Shown piece after piece: positions 60,815-64,000 of a stretch of 64,000 nucleotides of DNA (its first letter is position 1; every line of letters starts with the position of its first letter). Origin of the DNA: Phormidesmis sp. (GTDB lineage: Bacteria; Cyanobacteriota; Cyanobacteriia; Leptolyngbyales; Leptolyngbyaceae). Under the pieces are notes generated by a model. It was not told the origin of the DNA and made no database searches. It saw only the letters and a list, made by a program, of their open reading frames with translations. The stretch covers positions 608,001 to 672,000 of the forward strand of contig CBDFJR010000005.1 of assembly GCA_965248535.1 (NCBI GenBank), read 5' to 3'. The position numbers were made by a program, and so were the translations under genes.

Positions 60815-62470
60815 ATGAAACGGTTTTCTCCCTCGCCTCAACTGCTGCCTTATTTAACGCTGTTGCTCTGGGTGGTGCCCCTCGTGCTGCTCAGAAGCAA
60901 CCAGCAAAGCCTGATGGCCCACGACGAAGGCATCTATGCCACCCAAGCCCGATCGATTGTGCAAACGGGCGATTGGGTCAGCGTGCAGTGGGGCGGCGAA
61001 GCGGGATTTGATCGCACGATCGGGCTTCAGTGGCTGATCGCTGCTTGCTATCTTCTGTTCGGCACGAGTGAAGGAACGGCGCGATTGCCTAGCGCGATCG
61101 CGTTCATCTTCAGCGTGTTGCTAACCTACCGAATCGGCTGTTATCTCTTAAATCCCCGTTTGGCATGGCTAGGGGCGGCCATCTTTAGCGTGACTCCGCT
61201 AGTCGTGCAGTATGGGCGATTGGCAACTCAGGATTCTGTCTTGGTGTTCATTGAGTTATTGGGAATCTGGGCGCTTTTAGAAGCAGGCAATCCTCAACTC
61301 AAGACGCGAAACTCTTTGTGGCTATTGCTGGCAGGCTGTAGCATCGGATGGGGATTTTTGATTAAAGGATTCATGATCATTCCGGCGGCGGTGGCGATCG
61401 GGCCCTACTTAATCGGACAACACTCCCGTCATCGGCATCTCACCAACCCCTGGCTCTATGTGGGATTAGGATTAGGTGCTTTGCCCACGATCGTCTGGCT
61501 GAGAGCGGCGATCGCGCACTACGGCGACAAACCGATCGTAGAACTGTTTGGCAAACTCATTCATCTCAAAGGGCAAACCTATTTAGGAGCCGGGCCGTTT
61601 TATTATCTGTGGAACATTCCTGCTAATGGGTTTCCGTGGGTTTTTTTCGCGCTGGCAGGATTATGGTTAGCCTTCTTTAACCCTGATGTGCGGCAGCTTG
61701 TTAAAGCAAATCACGCCCGCTTGTTGCTGCTCAGCTACCCGATCGTCCTATTCATCGAACTGAATTTATTCGGGACTCGCACCCACTATTACCCGCTTCA
61801 GCTAATGCCCTTTGTGGGATTGTTTGCGGCGATCGCCCTTAATCACCTCGCCAGTCTCTACGCCAACCGTCAACAAGTCCGACTTTTAACGAGTCTAAAC
61901 CTACTTTTGGGTGGCTTCGCAATCAGTCTGATCGCGTTGAGTGGCGCGATTTTGACTCATCTGATCACGATTCCGGGAGTGAAGTCAGAGATTTTGGAGT
62001 TAGGCGCGATCGTGGCTCTCATCGTCGGCTTGGGGTGGCTAACTTTGCCGATCGTTTGGCTCCAACGACATCAGACCGACTTGATAAAATCGTCTCAGCA
62101 ATGGCTAACAGGGCTATTAATCACCGCATGGTTAGGGTTAGCCACGCTGAATCTGACCGGGTTATGGGGCAACTACACGCCCGATCTGAAGACTTTTTTG
62201 CAAACGCCTCACGTTGCAGAGGCTCTCAATTCCCATCCTGTCAACTTTGTGGTCAACGAAGATCAGTTGGGTCGCGACGATCGTAAAACTTATTTGCTGC
62301 TCAACTTTTACACCCCACAGCTAGGGCAAACTCTGACTCAACTCGCCGCACTGCAACCCGGTGAATTTGCCTGGCTCGACTCTAGTCACGCGATTCAGCC
62401 GACTCAAGCCGCCGTGATTGGCTCGTTTCAGACCTGGCAACTCGTCAAGAAACCGAAATCGGCAACTTGA
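60815..62470 (+). CDS. ArnT/GT39-family membrane glycosyltransferase
   Basis: SLMAHDEGIYA, ARLPSA, RLATQD, LIKGF; many TM helices. Confidence 0.85.
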   Translation: MKRFSPSPQLLPYLTLLLWVVPLVLLRSNQQSLMAHDEGIYATQARSIVQTGDWVSVQWGGEAGFDRTIGLQWLIAACYLLFGTSEGTARLPSAIAFIFSVLLTYRIGCYLLNPRLAWLGAAIFSVTPLVVQYGRLATQDSVLVFIELLGIWALLEAGNPQLKTRNSLWLLLAGCSIGWGFLIKGFMIIPAAVAIGPYLIGQHSRHRHLTNPWLYVGLGLGALPTIVWLRAAIAHYGDKPIVELFGKLIHLKGQTYLGAGPFYYLWNIPANGFPWVFFALAGLWLAFFNPDVRQLVKANHARLLLLSYPIVLFIELNLFGTRTHYYPLQLMPFVGLFAAIALNHLASLYANRQQVRLLTSLNLLLGGFAISLIALSGAILTHLITIPGVKSEILELGAIVALIVGLGWLTLPIVWLQRHQTDLIKSSQQWLTGLLITAWLGLATLNLTGLWGNYTPDLKTFLQTPHVAEALNSHPVNFVVNEDQLGRDDRKTYLLLNFYTPQLGQTLTQLAALQPGEFAWLDSSHAIQPTQAAVIGSFQTWQLVKKPKSAT

Positions 62471-63677
62471 CAATCACGATCGTGCCTTGATTGACCTGAC
62501 TCTGGATCGTGATTTGACCCTTGTGAAGATCGACACATTGACGCACGATCGCCAACCCCAGCCCGGTTCCCGGAATCGTATCGACGTTGGTCGCTCGATG
62601 AAACGACTCAAACAAGTGCGGAAAATCTTCAACCGGAATGCCAATGCCGTGATCTTGCACCTGAAACCGCACAAACCCCGGATCGTCCGCCGCAGGGCAC
62701 TGCACATCTAAATCAATGCTGCTGCCCCGATGCGAAAATTTGACGGCATTGCTGAGAAGATTGGTCAAAATCAGCGTCAAAAGCTGGGCATCTAGATCCA
62801 CCTCACTCTCACAGGTGCTTGCAAACTGCCACCGCACAGATGGAGAACTCTCTAAGCCTAAGCCCAGGTCAGTCAGCAAATCACTGCAAAACTGATGCAA
62901 ATTTAAACGAGCGGGGTGAAAGTCTAACGCGCCAGAATTGACTTTGCCTAGAGTCAGCATATCGGTCAAAATCGTCGTCATCGATCGCACCGCTTGCCGG
63001 ATCTTCTGCAAATAAGTCACGCGCCGCTCTTCAGAGCATTGGCTCCCCATGCGCTCAAGCAACTCAGCCGAAGTCATCACGATCGCTAACGGGGTGCGAA
63101 ACTCGTGAGACGTGGTAGTGATAAAGCGTGATTTGAGATCGCTAAATTCCTGTTCTTTGGCTAACGCTCGCAGCGCCTCTGCCTGGGCGCGCTGTCGCTC
63201 GGTCACCTCAGTCTGCAACTGGCGATGGGCTTGCTCTAAGTCAGCCATGCACTGATGGACTCGTGACTCTAGCGCTTTGTTGAGCCGTTGCAGATGAGAC
63301 TGCGTTTGATGATGGTCAAGGGCCATCGCGATCGTGTTGTATAGCTCGATCGAGTCAAACGGCTTGAGAATATAGCCATAGGGTGAAGTTTGCTGGGCCT
63401 GCTGCAACGTGTCACAGTCGTTATAAGCTGTCAAATAGACCACGGGCACGTCAAACTGTGCGCGAATTTCTTGAGCGACCTTGACCCCGCTCTGATTATC
63501 TTTAAGTCGAATATCGAGCAAAATGAGATCGGGTGACGTGGCTCTCACCAGCGCCAGCGCAGTCTGATGAGAGTCGGCAACCCCCGCCACATGATAGTCA
63601 GCCGCCTCTAAACGCATTTGAATGTTGAGCGCAACAATGCTTTCATCCTCGACGATCAGAATCTTTTTGCCTGTCAT
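62445..63677 (-). CDS. REC-HisKA-HATPase hybrid kinase
   Basis: IVEDE, LLDIRL, TSHEFRTPL, NLLSNAVKFS, DHGIGI, GTGLGL. Confidence 0.92.
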   Translation of the reverse strand: MTGKKILIVEDESIVALNIQMRLEAADYHVAGVADSHQTALALVRATSPDLILLDIRLKDNQSGVKVAQEIRAQFDVPVVYLTAYNDCDTLQQAQQTSPYGYILKPFDSIELYNTIAMALDHHQTQSHLQRLNKALESRVHQCMADLEQAHRQLQTEVTERQRAQAEALRALAKEQEFSDLKSRFITTTSHEFRTPLAIVMTSAELLERMGSQCSEERRVTYLQKIRQAVRSMTTILTDMLTLGKVNSGALDFHPARLNLHQFCSDLLTDLGLGLESSPSVRWQFASTCESEVDLDAQLLTLILTNLLSNAVKFSHRGSSIDLDVQCPAADDPGFVRFQVQDHGIGIPVEDFPHLFESFHRATNVDTIPGTGLGLAIVRQCVDLHKGQITIQSQVNQGTIVIVKLPISVS

Positions 63678-63783
63678 AGAGAGTGCTTGATAGGGTTAAA
63701 CGTTTCGTCTCTTGAAGGCAGAGGACAGAAATAAGCGGGTCTAGATCCTCCCCTTGCGATCGCGACTTCTTCTTAAACTGCAT

Positions 63784-64000
63784 CTATGGTTCGTTTAGCG
63801 CTGCTCGAATAAAAACGGTTGTGCTCTCCCACATTACCGTCTGATTGCCCAAACCTTGGCTAAATCGCTGATGAATTTGAGAAATCTCATCGTCTGATAG
63901 ACCGCGAGCTAAATGATCTCGATAGCTAAGCGTCAGAGAACTATCGCGACTCGGAGCAAACCAGCGATCGCAAAGCGCTTGACTCAAATAGATAGCCGTT
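63784..64000 (-). CDS. 3' end of a CDS that begins beyond the window; possibly the methyltransferase-like tail of cyanobacterial RarA/MgsA
   Basis: Frame is open to the window edge (TAIYLSQALCDRWF...SYRDHL...QTVMWESTTVFIRA*); family assignment from memory only. Confidence 0.45.
   Translation of the reverse strand, partial: TAIYLSQALCDRWFAPSRDSSLTLSYRDHLARGLSDDEISQIHQRFSQGLGNQTVMWESTTVFIRAALNEP

Noticed and set aside
47..63987. Many short overlapping or antisense ORFs in the supplied track (e.g. 1479..1892, 24618..25163, 28723..29253)
   Set aside because: Shadow frames of well-supported genes with no recognisable motifs
1..64000. CRISPR array, rRNA, transposase, integrase or phage genes
   Set aside because: No regularly spaced repeat-spacer run and no ORF with recognisable motifs for these

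Overview
Chromosomal segment of a cyanobacterium: HIP1 GCGATCGC is very frequent and psbDC, raf1, pmgA, crr7 and hpsL are present. A filamentous Leptolyngbya/Phormidesmis-like lineage is an inference only. Most genes are housekeeping (metF, trpS, thrB, pnp, mutS, lnt, rsmG, miaE, tRNA-Ala). There is also a hopanoid cluster (hpnG-like, short RND, hpnA, hpnH) and two signalling loci. Best leads: (1) the usual clpR-clpP3 operon has a third gene between the two, a catalytically dead chimera with a ClpP3-like N-terminus and ClpR-like C-terminus, in the order expected from an old unequal crossover; (2) an accessory patch after pnp with a vapBC-type TA cassette bracketed by duplicated ~70-bp hairpins, a hicB stub, a nested palindrome, and an EACC1 + caspase-FGE-sulfatase module containing a 24-nt double-hairpin in-frame insert; (3) a tandem pair of STAND-like ATPases next to tRNA-Ala; (4) an orphan PilP-like lipoprotein; (5) a cysteine-less LOV hybrid kinase coupled to a diguanylate cyclase. 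At least eight apparent frameshifts occur (raf1, psbD, a conserved hypothetical gene, the caspase fusion), and many are probably sequencing errors. No CRISPR array, rRNA, integrase or transposase was seen. All family calls come from motif recognition by eye, not database searches.
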